Assembly: GCA_965218235.1 (NCBI GenBank)
Contig: OZ244595.1
Span: forward strand, 1,702,561-1,766,560
Length of the DNA stretch: 64,000 nucleotides
Source: Thermomicrobiales bacterium
GTDB lineage: Bacteria > Chloroflexota > Chloroflexia > Thermomicrobiales > UBA6265
Direction of reading: 5' to 3'
The translations under genes and the position numbers were made by a program. The notes beneath the pieces are model-generated. The model did no database searches. It saw nothing but the letters and a program-made list of their open reading frames with translations, and was not told the origin of the DNA. Each line of letters opens with the position of its first letter. The stretch's first letter is position 1. Of the stretch, positions 29,071 through 38,796 are shown in pieces.

Positions 29071-29244
29071 TCAGTAAATCGGTGGCAAAGCGGGGCGACA
29101 TTGAATCGACACAGAGACGACGTAGTCGGTTCGGTGGATGTCAACCCAGGCCAGCTGGCTGCGAGCTGACTGTCGGCCAGCGGTCGAAGGGGCGGCCATG
29201 TCGGTTCCATCCACCGATGACCTGTCTACGTCCGGGATCGCGTT

Positions 29245-29271
29245 CCGGGTTCTTTCCGGGTTCTTTCCGGG
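29245..29271. repeat. 11-nt tandem direct repeat CCGGGTTCTTT x2 plus a partial third copy
   Basis: Read directly: ccgggttctttccgggttctttccggg, inside the large non-coding island. Confidence 0.9.
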
Positions 29272-29811
29272 GGGGTGTCCGCACCACCGCGACTCATCTC
29301 CGTCAATGGGTTGCGCAGGATCAACACTCGCCACTTACGGTAACGATCACAGGTACCATTTGGTTTCCATTGGCCGAATCACCGTGCTTTGGCGTGGGTC
29401 TTCGCCGGTCCTCACCCGGACACCACACCCGCTGATGCCTGGCCGCAATCCACTCAGGACTCACCGCAAACCCGGTACCCGCGGTAGAGGGCAAGCTACC
29501 ACCAGCCACTGGAGACCAGCAGCGTTGGCCCAAGGGCGACCGTGGATCGAGACGCGCACGCGTGTCGCTGATGGGAGAACCCGATCGACGAGCTGTGCCC
29601 GCCATTCAAGTGGATCGGTTACGGATGTCATGGCCGGAGCCGGAGACCGCTGGTCACGATGAGGCGCGGCGTGCCAATTGCGTGCACCTCGCCTAAACTG
29701 GACGAAGCGTGTGGGCGCCGATCCATGATCGGGTAAACCGCCCCAAGTAGGTGGTGACATGCGTGCGATCCAGCCGACACCCGCGTCATCCGGAAATCAG
29801 GGACGAGAGCA

Positions 29812-31839
29812 ATGACAGACACCGCCAAGCGCACGAAGGTCGGGGCCACCCGCGTTTCTCAGGTTGAGTCGTTCAACCCGCGAACACCGGCTCCTATCCT
29901 CACAATGCTGACCGGCCCAGCCGATCTGCGCGGACTCTCGATCGCGCAGCTGGAGCAGCTCGCGGCCGAGATCCGGGCGGAACTGATCGAGACGGTCGCG
30001 ATCAATGGCGGTCACCTCGGCGCGAGCCTCGGACCAGTCGAGTTGATCATCGCGATGCATGTGGTCCTCGATTCGCCACGGGACCACCTCGTCTTCGACG
30101 TCGGGCACCAGGCCTACGCCCACAAGCTCCTCACCGGCCGGCTCGAACGGTTCAAGACGCTCCGTCAGGAGGGTGGGATGTCCGGCTTCCTCTCCCGCGA
30201 TGAGAGCGAACACGATGCCTTTGGTGCTGGCCACGCCAGCACTAGCATCTCGGCGGCGCTCGGGATGGCGGTTGCGGATCACCTGAAGTACCGAAACGAC
30301 CCATCGACGCCGATGCCGCGGACGATGGCGTTGATCGGCGACGGGGCACTGACGGGCGGGATGGCCTTCGAGGCGCTGAACAACGGCGGCAACCTTAGCA
30401 TCCCGATGACCGTCATCCTCAACGACAACGAGATGTCGATCGCGAAGAACGTCGGGGCGTTGAGCAAGTACCTTGACCGGATCCGGACCGACCGCCGGTT
30501 CAGCCGGGCCAAGGCCGATCTGGAACGCGTGCTCGAGCGGATGCCGCAGGGCGACTTCATGGTCGACATGAGCAAGCGCCTGACGGACTCGGTCAAGGCC
30601 TTCATGTTCCATGGCATGATCTGGGAGGAGCTGGGCTACACCTACGTCGGCCCGATCGACGGCCACAACCTCCGCGACGTCATCGACGCCCTCCAGAACG
30701 CGACCCAGGTCGACGGCCCGGTCTTCCTCCATGTCGTGACGGAGAAGGGCCGCGGCTACGGCCCCGCCGCGGACGACCTGGAGCGCAGCCACGCCGTCTC
30801 GGCCAAACCCAAGGTCGCTCCGATGGCCGCCGGCGGCGCGGCGGCGCCACCCGCGCCGCCCAAGTATCAGGACGTCTTCGCCGATGCTGCCGCCGAGCTG
30901 GCGAACACTGACGAGCGGATCGTCGCCATCACGGCGGCGATGCCGACCGGCACGTCCGTCGGAAGCTTCGGGCGAATTCATCCCGACCGGACGTTCGATG
31001 TCGGGATCGCCGAGCAGCACGCCGTCACCTTCGCGGCCGGCCTGGCGACGCAGGGGATGCGCCCGATCGTCGCGATCTACTCGACGTTCCTGAAGCGGGC
31101 CTATGATCAGATCTATCATGACGTCTGCCTCCAGCGACTGCCCGTGACCTTCGCGATGGACCGGGCCGGTTTCGCCGGCGACGACGGCCGGACGCATCAC
31201 GGCATCTACGACCTGTCATACCTGCGCTGCCTTCCAGGCATGACGATCATGGCGCCCAAGGACGAGGACGAGCTCCGGCACATGCTGGCAACGGCGGTCG
31301 CTACCGACGGCCCGGCCGCGATCCGCTATCCCCGCGGCGCGGGCGTCGGCGTCTCGATGGCCGGTCCGGCCCATCTCCTGCCGATCGGCAAGTCCGAGGT
31401 GCTCGAAGAGGGCGATGACGTCGCCATCCTCGCGGTCGGGGCGATGGTACTGCCCGCGCAACGCGCAGCCGCCCTCCTGCGTGGTGAGGGTATCCGGGCG
31501 ACCGTCGTCAACGCCCGGTTCGTCAAGCCGCTCGACGAGAACCTGATTCTGTCGCTCGCCGACCGCTGCGGCGCGATCGTCACGGTCGAGGAGAACGTCG
31601 AGCGGGGCGGCTTCGGCGCCGCCGTTCTGGAACTCCTCTCGGCCAGCGAGCGCTTCATTCCAACGCACGTCGTCGCCGTGCCCGATCGCATCTTCGAACA
31701 GGCCTCGCAGGATCGGCTGAGGTCACTGGCTCACTTGACCCCGGACGGCATCGCCGACGCCGCGACCCGCTTGCTCGAACTCCGGCCAGCCGAGGCGGAA
31801 GCAGTCCATCTCACTGGCAAGCAACTGGCACGAAGCTGA
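29812..31839 (+). CDS. dxs: 1-deoxy-D-xylulose-5-phosphate synthase
   Basis: GGHLGASLG, FDVGHQAYAHKLLTGR, GDGALTGGMAFEALN and FDVGIAEQHAVTFAAG are classic DXS motifs. Confidence 0.95.
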   Translation: MTDTAKRTKVGATRVSQVESFNPRTPAPILTMLTGPADLRGLSIAQLEQLAAEIRAELIETVAINGGHLGASLGPVELIIAMHVVLDSPRDHLVFDVGHQAYAHKLLTGRLERFKTLRQEGGMSGFLSRDESEHDAFGAGHASTSISAALGMAVADHLKYRNDPSTPMPRTMALIGDGALTGGMAFEALNNGGNLSIPMTVILNDNEMSIAKNVGALSKYLDRIRTDRRFSRAKADLERVLERMPQGDFMVDMSKRLTDSVKAFMFHGMIWEELGYTYVGPIDGHNLRDVIDALQNATQVDGPVFLHVVTEKGRGYGPAADDLERSHAVSAKPKVAPMAAGGAAAPPAPPKYQDVFADAAAELANTDERIVAITAAMPTGTSVGSFGRIHPDRTFDVGIAEQHAVTFAAGLATQGMRPIVAIYSTFLKRAYDQIYHDVCLQRLPVTFAMDRAGFAGDDGRTHHGIYDLSYLRCLPGMTIMAPKDEDELRHMLATAVATDGPAAIRYPRGAGVGVSMAGPAHLLPIGKSEVLEEGDDVAILAVGAMVLPAQRAAALLRGEGIRATVVNARFVKPLDENLILSLADRCGAIVTVEENVERGGFGAAVLELLSASERFIPTHVVAVPDRIFEQASQDRLRSLAHLTPDGIADAATRLLELRPAEAEAVHLTGKQLARS

Positions 31840-31879
31840 GTCCCGGAAAACGTCGGATCACTGGCGATCGCGTGATTGA

Positions 31880-31923
31880 ACAGCGAGAGGGGCCAGCGAT
31901 CGAACGCTGGCCCCTCTCGCTGT
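31880..31923. terminator. bidirectional terminator hairpin (19-bp perfect stem)
   Basis: ACAGCGAGAGGGGCCAGCG - atcgaa - CGCTGGCCCCTCTCGCTGT, between the convergent dxs gene and the secreted-protein gene. Confidence 0.65.
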
Positions 31924-31946
31924 CCATCGGGTCCGCCGACGCCGCA

Positions 31947-33602
31947 TCAAATCTCGAGGCCGTTGATCAAGTCCTGAAGGACTGCGCCGTCGTCCATCAG
32001 CCGCTCAGGGGTGGCGTAGATGCGGACGACAACAACCGAATCGTCACTGAACGGGACGACGATGATTCCCAGAGCGGCCGCGGCTCCGCCGGGCGTCACG
32101 TAGCCATAGGCCGCGCCGACAGCCCCGTCGGAGGGGACGGGCGGATCGTCGAGTTGCTCGACGTCCTGCTGATTCTCGGCCGGCGCGATGATCTCCGCTT
32201 CCACGAGGCCGTCGAGGATCTCCTGAACGTCTCGGCCGTCGGAGGGGGTGGCGTCGAACGTGACGACCGAAGACCCGCCACCAAGCGCGAGATCGACGGT
32301 GGCGTAGATCGCGGGATCCAGTGGCTGCCAGACCGTCCCGTCGTAGACGAGCGACCAGCCTCCCGTCTGCGGGTTGAAGGTGGCGGCATCGTCGACCGAC
32401 GGGGAACCGTTGGACGACTCCGGAGTGGCAGCGGTTTCCTCGGGGACCGGTGTGCCCTGCTCTGCCGATGGCGTTGCGGCCCGCTCTGTCTCCGCAGAGG
32501 CGGTGGGTGTCGCGTCCCCCTCACTGTTGCCTCCGGCGTCGGCGACCGTCAGGCTGGCGAAGACCGGCGCGGCCAGTGCCGCCTCTCCTTCGTAGGAGTC
32601 AATAGGCCCGGAGTGGACCGCCCGGAGCGTGACACCGGAGCCGGGGATCGCCGCGCAGCGTACCCCGACGAACTGCTCGGCCCCGCCGTAGTTCGCGTCG
32701 ATCGCCGCGTAGGACCAGTCCTCGTCATCGAGACCGGCAACGTCCTCACCGTCGATCTGGATCGGCGTGACATCGACGATGCCGGGCGACCCGCCAAGGT
32801 CATCCAGCGTCGTCTCCACACACTTCGCGGCGTCACCGTCAAAGGTGTCAGGTAGAGAGAACGAGATCAGGCTCGTCGTACTGTTGAGCCCGAAGATCGC
32901 GTCGACCGGCACGAACGAGGTCCAGTCCGTCTCGTCCCAGTTCAGCGCGAAGCCGAGTCCGGGGTCGGTGTACGTGCCGCCCTGAAGGCCCGCCACATCC
33001 GCTTCCGGCCCCCGGAACGACGGGATCTCGAGGCCCTCGAGCAGTCCATCGGCCGCCTTGACCGCCTCCCCGGCGGCGTCGATTGGCGCCAGCCAGGTAA
33101 TCGCCAGGACCGCTTCGCCAGCGACAACCGTCCGGCAGTCGATCCGCTCGACGACTGTTCGGGCATCCTGTCCGTTGGTCTGATCCAGCTCGACCCGGAG
33201 GGTGGAGTAGGCTCGGCCGTCGGTCTCCCCGGACTGCTCGCCGTTCCCCTCGAACGGTTTGATGGACAGGACATTGTCATCGTCTGGCAGGCGGTCGAGG
33301 AGATCGTCGCGGCAATTCGTTGCGTTGCCGGCGTAGAACTGGCCGGACTGGAAGTAGATCTCGACCAGGTCGCTCGTCAGCGCGAGATCGCCGGGACCAC
33401 CTTCGACGACATCCCAGACGTCCGGTTCCCACGCGATCTGGTATCCGTAGGTCGGATTGACGTAGCTGTTCGCGTCGGCCTGAGCGAGGGCGTTCGGCGC
33501 GGTGGCGGGCGGCGGCCCGAACAGAGCGAACAGGAGGGTCGCCGCGACGATCGCGGTCAGACCGGAACGTGCACTGCTGAGACGGGCGCGGCTGGGTGAC
33601 AT
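31947..33602 (-). CDS. secreted hypothetical protein with three internally repeated domains
   Basis: ATG at 33602 follows GGAGG. Signal peptide (LTAIVAATLLFALFGPPPATAPNALA). Repeated module starts: YGYQIAWEPDVWDVV, LGFALNWDETDWTSFV and GGWSLVYDGTVWQPLD. Confidence 0.6.
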   Translation of the reverse strand: MSPSRARLSSARSGLTAIVAATLLFALFGPPPATAPNALAQADANSYVNPTYGYQIAWEPDVWDVVEGGPGDLALTSDLVEIYFQSGQFYAGNATNCRDDLLDRLPDDDNVLSIKPFEGNGEQSGETDGRAYSTLRVELDQTNGQDARTVVERIDCRTVVAGEAVLAITWLAPIDAAGEAVKAADGLLEGLEIPSFRGPEADVAGLQGGTYTDPGLGFALNWDETDWTSFVPVDAIFGLNSTTSLISFSLPDTFDGDAAKCVETTLDDLGGSPGIVDVTPIQIDGEDVAGLDDEDWSYAAIDANYGGAEQFVGVRCAAIPGSGVTLRAVHSGPIDSYEGEAALAAPVFASLTVADAGGNSEGDATPTASAETERAATPSAEQGTPVPEETAATPESSNGSPSVDDAATFNPQTGGWSLVYDGTVWQPLDPAIYATVDLALGGGSSVVTFDATPSDGRDVQEILDGLVEAEIIAPAENQQDVEQLDDPPVPSDGAVGAAYGYVTPGGAAAALGIIVVPFSDDSVVVVRIYATPERLMDDGAVLQDLINGLEI

Positions 33603-33888
33603 CCGGAGACCTCCGTTTGCATGCAAGGCGGACCGCTGAACGACGAGGGCGCTTCGAGAACGCGTGCCTCCGGATTCTAGCGGGTTGGCAGCATCAATTC
33701 GGGGCACGTTTCATCCCGGCCGAAGGTTCATCTCGGGACGCACGTGAGGGGTGAACCGGGAGCGCATCCGCTGCGCGGTGGCTGGTCTGGCCCCGGTGGA
33801 CCCTGATCCAATCGGTCGGCTTCGACGATTCGGCGTAGACTTCCCTGATTGAACGCCGGAACCGTCCCGGAACGCGCCGGGGCACTGA

Positions 33889-33908
33889 GTCAGCGAGACC
33901 TCGCTGAC
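33889..33908. promoter_or_regulatory. inverted repeat GTCAGCGA-N4-TCGCTGAC upstream of lon (candidate operator)
   Basis: Perfect 8-bp arms about 80 nt upstream of the lon ATG. No match to CIRCE or HAIR consensus. Confidence 0.25.
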
Positions 33909-33988
33909 CTGTGTCCGAATCCGATTCCAGACTCTTCGACTGATTGACTTCTGTGCCGGTTCCCCCCGCACGTCCAGGTGAGAGTGCT

Positions 33989-36868
33989 ATGCCCTCCGGC
34001 AAGTCGCCGACGTCCCCAGACAAAATCGACAAAACCGACCAGACGAAAGCCGTAACAATCCCGACCGAGGAGACTACGGCTGATCGTTTCCCGGATCAGG
34101 AACGACACCCGTCCGACGTGGCGGAAACCGGGGCGACGGCCGAGGCCAAACCCCGAGCCCGCCGAACCCGCCGGACCAAAGCCAGGCAGCCGGCGGAGCG
34201 ACCAGTCGCGCTGCCAGTCCTGGTCGTCGACGAGACCATCCTGCTCCCCCACATGTCGATCCCGTTCCCGATCGAGGACGAGGAGTCAGCGCTGGTCCTC
34301 GACCGGGCCGCCCGCCTTCCGCTTCGCCAGGTTCTCGTCCTGACCGAGCGGATCACCTCCGGACCATCCGACAGCCCGTTCAGCATGGCCCCCGGTGAGC
34401 TCGAACACCTGGCGGCCCGGCTCGCGATGGATCCGGACATCGACCCGGACGCCCTGGTCGGCGTCCTGCCCGGACCGGACGACACCGTCGACGCCGGCGG
34501 CTGGACCGCCGAGGGCGAACCGGGCCAGGAGCAGTTCGAACTCTGCTCCGTCGGCGTCATCGCCGAGGTCGGCCAGCGCGTCACGAGGGCGGGCGGGCAC
34601 AGTCACGTCATCCTGACCGGTGTCGGCCGCGGCATCGTCGACGAGATGATCCAGACGGACCCGTACCCGGTCGCCCGGGTCCGGCGCCATGACGACCTGC
34701 CGATGGAGGGCGCGGCCGCCGAGGCGGCGATGACCGCCATTCTGGAGCAGGTCGAGAGTTATCTCAGCATGCTGCCGAGCGTTCCGGAGGAAGTCCTCTC
34801 GACGATTCGGGGCGTGAACGAACCCGGCTGGCTGGCCGACCTGATCGCCTTCTCGCCGGAGTTCACGCCGGAGCAGCGCCAGAAGCTGCTGGAGATTCTC
34901 GATCCGATCGAGCGGCTCCGGACGCTCGGCGTTCTGATCGAGAAGCGCCTGTCCGTCCTCAACCTGCGCCAGCAGATCCAGCACGAGGCTCAGGAGGGAA
35001 TGGACCGCCAGCAGCGAGAATATTTTCTCCGCGAGCAGATCCGTGCCATCCAGAAGGAGCTCGGCGAGGGTTCGCCGGAGGAGACGCTTGCCAAGGAACT
35101 CCGTGAGAAGGTCGAGCGGGCCGGGATGCCGGACGAAGTCAAGGCGAAGGCGCTCTTGCAGGTCGAGCGCCTGGAGCAGCAACACCCCTTCTCGCCGGAA
35201 CTCGGAATCATCCGCTCCTACCTGGAGTGGCTGACCGACTTGCCGTGGGCGACCGAGACCGAGGAACGACTGGACCTGCGGGAGGTCGCCCGAATCCTCA
35301 ATGAGGACCACCACGGGCTGGAGAAGGTCAAGGATCGCATCCTCGAATTCGTCGCCGTCCGCAAGCTGGCCGGGGATCGGCTCCGCTCGCCGATCATTTG
35401 CTTCGTCGGGCCGCCGGGCGTCGGCAAGACCAGCCTCGGCCGGAGCATTGCCCGGGCGATCGGCCGGGAGTACGTCCGAATCAGCCTCGGCGGTGTCCGG
35501 GACGAGGCCGAGATCCGGGGCCACCGCCGGACCTACGTGGGCGCGATGCCGGGCCGGATCATCAAGGCGCTACGGGACGCGAAGAGCCGCAACCCGGTCC
35601 TCGTCCTGGACGAGGTCGACAAGCTCGGCGGCGACACCTTCCGCGGCGACCCGTCGTCGGCGCTGCTCGAGGTCCTGGACCCCGAGCAGAACAGTGCTTT
35701 CTCGGACCACTACCTGGAGGTCCCATTCGACCTGTCGAAGGTGATGTTCTTCACGACGGCGAACATGCTCGACCCGATCCCGGCGGCGCTGCGCGACCGA
35801 ATGGAGATCATCGAGGTTCCCGGCTACACCGAGGTCGAGAAGGTCGAGATCGCCCGCAGCTTCCTCCTGCCGCGCTCGCTTGAGAACCACGGTCTATCAT
35901 CCGATCGGCTGCTCGTCACCGATGATGCCGTCCGCCGGCTGATCCGGGAGTACACGGAGGAGTCGGGCGTCCGAAGCCTCGAGCGCGAGATCGGGTCGCT
36001 GGCTCGCAAGGTCGCCCGGGAGATCGCAACAGACGTCGCGGACGCGCCGGGACCGGTCCAGTTGGTGGAGACGGTTGAGTCCGACCTCACCGGAGCGAAC
36101 GGCGAAGGGGCCACATCGAACGAAACCGAGTCGGACCCGGCACCGATCCAGCATGCAGAGGCGGACGCGACACCGGCGAATCCGATCATCATCGATGGGC
36201 CGGCTGTCGAGGCCTACCTCGGCATCCCGCGCTACGAGTACGGACTGGCGGAGGAGAGCGACGAGATCGGTGTCGCGACCGGGGCGGCCGTAACGAGCTT
36301 CGGCGGCGACCTGTTGTCGATCGAGGTGCTGATCATGGAGGGCAAGGGCGATCTGGTCCTGACCGGTCAGCTCGGAGACGTCATGCAGGAGTCCGCCCGG
36401 GCGGCGATCAGCTACGCCCGGAGCCGATCGGCGACGTTCGATCTGACTCCCCAATTCTTCGACAAGCACAACATCCACATCCACATCCCGGCAGGCGCCA
36501 TCCCCAAGGACGGACCGTCGGCCGGGATCACGATGGCGACGGCGCTGTTCTCGGCGCTGACCGGCCGGCCGGTCCGGAAGGACGTCGCGATGACCGGCGA
36601 GATCACGCTGCGGGGCAAGGTACTGCCCATCGGCGGTCTGCGGGAGAAGACGCTCGCGGCTCACCGGGGCGGAATCAAGACGTTCCTGCTTCCCCGCCGC
36701 AATGCCAAGGATCTCAGCGAGCTCCCCGCCATCGTTACCTCCGGGCTGGAGCTCATCATGGTCGACACGCTGGACGAGGTGCTCTTGACCGCGCTGGTCC
36801 AGCGATTGGTTCCCGTCATTGAGACGGAGACTGCCGCCGGGCACCGCGCGGTCGCTCAGCCCGTCTGA
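33989..36868 (+). CDS. lon: ATP-dependent Lon protease (endopeptidase La)
   Basis: Lon N-domain ([21 protein letters not shown]), Walker [10 protein letters not shown], and catalytic [15 protein letters not shown] ... GLREK. Confidence 0.95.
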   Translation: MPSGKSPTSPDKIDKTDQTKAVTIPTEETTADRFPDQERHPSDVAETGATAEAKPRARRTRRTKARQPAERPVALPVLVVDETILLPHMSIPFPIEDEESALVLDRAARLPLRQVLVLTERITSGPSDSPFSMAPGELEHLAARLAMDPDIDPDALVGVLPGPDDTVDAGGWTAEGEPGQEQFELCSVGVIAEVGQRVTRAGGHSHVILTGVGRGIVDEMIQTDPYPVARVRRHDDLPMEGAAAEAAMTAILEQVESYLSMLPSVPEEVLSTIRGVNEPGWLADLIAFSPEFTPEQRQKLLEILDPIERLRTLGVLIEKRLSVLNLRQQIQHEAQEGMDRQQREYFLREQIRAIQKELGEGSPEETLAKELREKVERAGMPDEVKAKALLQVERLEQQHPFSPELGIIRSYLEWLTDLPWATETEERLDLREVARILNEDHHGLEKVKDRILEFVAVRKLAGDRLRSPIICFVGPPGVGKTSLGRSIARAIGREYVRISLGGVRDEAEIRGHRRTYVGAMPGRIIKALRDAKSRNPVLVLDEVDKLGGDTFRGDPSSALLEVLDPEQNSAFSDHYLEVPFDLSKVMFFTTANMLDPIPAALRDRMEIIEVPGYTEVEKVEIARSFLLPRSLENHGLSSDRLLVTDDAVRRLIREYTEESGVRSLEREIGSLARKVAREIATDVADAPGPVQLVETVESDLTGANGEGATSNETESDPAPIQHAEADATPANPIIIDGPAVEAYLGIPRYEYGLAEESDEIGVATGAAVTSFGGDLLSIEVLIMEGKGDLVLTGQLGDVMQESARAAISYARSRSATFDLTPQFFDKHNIHIHIPAGAIPKDGPSAGITMATALFSALTGRPVRKDVAMTGEITLRGKVLPIGGLREKTLAAHRGGIKTFLLPRRNAKDLSELPAIVTSGLELIMVDTLDEVLLTALVQRLVPVIETETAAGHRAVAQPV

Positions 36869-36897
36869 CCCTCTACCGCAGACACAGTGGCGACTGG

Positions 36898-37446
36898 TCA
36901 GTGCTGACCAAAGCTGTTGTAGCTGACGGTTTCGGCCAGCGGCCTGCGGCCCCCATCGACCGCGTTGGGACGTGGATCCTTCGAGGTAACCGGGTACCCC
37001 AGCGCGACGACCGAGCGCGCTGTCCGTCCATCCGGCACATCGAGGATCATCCGGGCGGCGGCCTGCTGTTCGGCGTTTCCAAACCAGGCCGTTCCCCCGC
37101 CAAGATCGAAGAACCGGGCGGCGACGAGTAGTCGCTCCGTCACACGTCCCTCGTCGTAGGCCTCGCTGGTCTCACTTTCGCCGTCGAGCACGATGGCTAT
37201 CGCCAGCGGCGCACCTGACACCCAGTTGATCGCATCACGGACCCGCGAGATCCGCTGGAGCTGCTCGCGGTCCGACAGGACGATCAGGTGCCAGGGTTGC
37301 GTGTTGCGCGAACTGCCCGTCCAACGGGCGACCTCGAGCAATGCTCCGAGGAGGTCCTCCGGAACCGGGTCGGATCGGTATTGCCGGATCTGTCGAACCC
37401 TTTGAAGTTCCGCGGCAATCATGACCGGGTTGGCTCGCTGCTCCAT
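36898..37446 (-). CDS. nitroreductase family protein
   Basis: RQIRQYRSDPVPEDLLGALLEVARWTGSSRNTQPWHLIVL is a typical nitroreductase N-terminus. Confidence 0.75.
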   Translation of the reverse strand: MEQRANPVMIAAELQRVRQIRQYRSDPVPEDLLGALLEVARWTGSSRNTQPWHLIVLSDREQLQRISRVRDAINWVSGAPLAIAIVLDGESETSEAYDEGRVTERLLVAARFFDLGGGTAWFGNAEQQAAARMILDVPDGRTARSVVALGYPVTSKDPRPNAVDGGRRPLAETVSYNSFGQH

Positions 37447-37757
37447 TGCTCGTTGCCCTCTGAGTGAGTCCGATCGCAGAGCGCGGGGGAAGCAGGAAGG
37501 GCGCCACGGCCCTCAATCCTCGCGCCTGGACGATTCGTCGAGATGAATGCCGACTGTCACAGGTCACGATGATGTGCGCAACAGATACGCCACAGGTCGC
37601 CCATGGCGGCATCACAGTCGGTTTCTACAATGGTTTCAGGCGGAACGAGCACGCTGACTCCCTCCCTTCGGAACCAAAGCGGCGCCGCCCCCGTCCATGC
37701 AACACCGGAACCCGTAGGGCCAGAACCGAGCCCACATCATCCCAGGAGAACACCGCA

Positions 37758-37952
37758 ATGGACAATCTCATCGTGACTGGCGCCGTCATCGCCTTCCTGC
37801 TCCTGATCCTGCCCGCGGTCCTCGCTCCGTTCCTGAGTCAGAACCCCACGACGCTTGACACCACTCCCCAGGTTGCTCCGGATCCAGTCGGTCCCAACCC
37901 GGTTGCCGCCTCTCCAGGCGAACACCACTCCACTGACCGGATCGCGGCCTGA
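37758..37952 (+). CDS. small hypothetical membrane protein (64 aa)
   Basis: ATG 7 nt after AGGAGAA. One TM span (LIVTGAVIAFLLLILPAVLAPFL). High third-position GC. Confidence 0.45.
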   Translation: MDNLIVTGAVIAFLLLILPAVLAPFLSQNPTTLDTTPQVAPDPVGPNPVAASPGEHHSTDRIAA

Positions 37953-38039
37953 GCTGGCCGGGTCGATTTCGGCGTGTCTCCTCGATGCCCGCCATGAGCC
38001 CTGCCGGAGGAATCTGGCCTCGGTTCGGCTCCTGACCCG

Positions 38040-38741
38040 CTAGGTGGCCGACACCGCCCCGGATGGAGCGACGCCCATTTGCCGCAGCCACTCGATCGCC
38101 TCGATGAGCGTCGGCGCGGTCACATCCGGCGCGACCGGCAGTTCAGCCCGCAACGAGTACCCATTTGGGACGAAGATGCAGCGGATTCCCGCCGCGCTCG
38201 CCGCCATGACGCCGGCCGGGGCATCCTCAAGCACGACGCAGTGCACTGGGTCGATCTCGAGTAATCGCGCCGCCATCAGGAAGATATCCGGGAAGGGTTT
38301 GCCCTTCGTCACGTCGTCGCCCGTGACCTCGGCGTCGAACAGACCCGTCAGCCCCGTCTCCGCGAGGGAGATCGCCGCCTGATGCCGGCGGTTGGATGTG
38401 GCCAGGGCAAGGCGAAGTCCCGCTTCCCGCCCGAACGCGATGATCTCCCGCGCTCCCGGCATCACGGCCAGGTTGCCGATGATCATCTCGGTCCGGAGCG
38501 CGTCGAACTCGTCGATCAACTCGGTCAGGTCCCCCTCCAGCCCATACCACTGCATGAAGAGCGCGACGGCGTCAGGCAACCGGCGACCGAGCAACTGCGG
38601 CGCGTGGGCCTGATCGGCCACTTTCCCGTGCCGCCGAAGGAACTCGACCATGGCGGCGTCCGCCAGCGGCTCACTGTCGATGAGCAATCCGTCCATGTCG
38701 AATACCAGTGCCTGGACCGCGTCGGACCGATCGTCTCGCAT
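38040..38741 (-). CDS. HAD-superfamily hydrolase (beta-phosphoglucomutase-like subfamily IA)
   Basis: LVFDMDGLLIDSEP motif I, ATSN motif II, and GKPFPDIF ... LEDAPAG motifs III/IV. Confidence 0.8.
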   Translation of the reverse strand: MRDDRSDAVQALVFDMDGLLIDSEPLADAAMVEFLRRHGKVADQAHAPQLLGRRLPDAVALFMQWYGLEGDLTELIDEFDALRTEMIIGNLAVMPGAREIIAFGREAGLRLALATSNRRHQAAISLAETGLTGLFDAEVTGDDVTKGKPFPDIFLMAARLLEIDPVHCVVLEDAPAGVMAASAAGIRCIFVPNGYSLRAELPVAPDVTAPTLIEAIEWLRQMGVAPSGAVSAT

Positions 38742-38796
38742 GCCGGAACACTCCACGCTGCTGGGTCCGTCCATCCATCCCGTCATCAGGACGCTA

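Noticed and set aside
29138-29662. 174-aa ORF inside the large non-coding island
   Set aside because: The translation is Arg/Ser/Gly/Trp/His-rich with no hydrophobic core pattern, no SD and poor third-position GC bias. I treat the region as non-coding.
29100-29811. Possible RNase P RNA, tmRNA, SRP RNA or TPP riboswitch
   Set aside because: There are fragments resembling GAGCTGAC...GTCGGCC (an RNase P 5' end), AGAACCCGG (CR-IV-like, on the minus strand), GGGTAAACCGCCCC (CR-III-like) and GATGACGCGGGTGTCGG (4.5S-like). They occur in the wrong order, spacing or strand to build any of these RNAs. No GGAAAGTCCGG, no tmRNA acceptor ends, and no CTGAGA TPP core.
29797-31200. 467-aa ORF on the minus strand
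   Set aside because: It is antisense to dxs, which is unambiguous.
31872-32855. 327-aa plus-strand ORF starting inside the terminator hairpin
   Set aside because: It is antisense to the signal-peptide-bearing secreted protein gene. Arg/Asp/Gly-rich, and it starts within the 19-bp hairpin.
34286-36844. ORFs 34286..35524 (-) and 35897..36844 (-)
   Set aside because: They are antisense to lon. Compositional artefacts.
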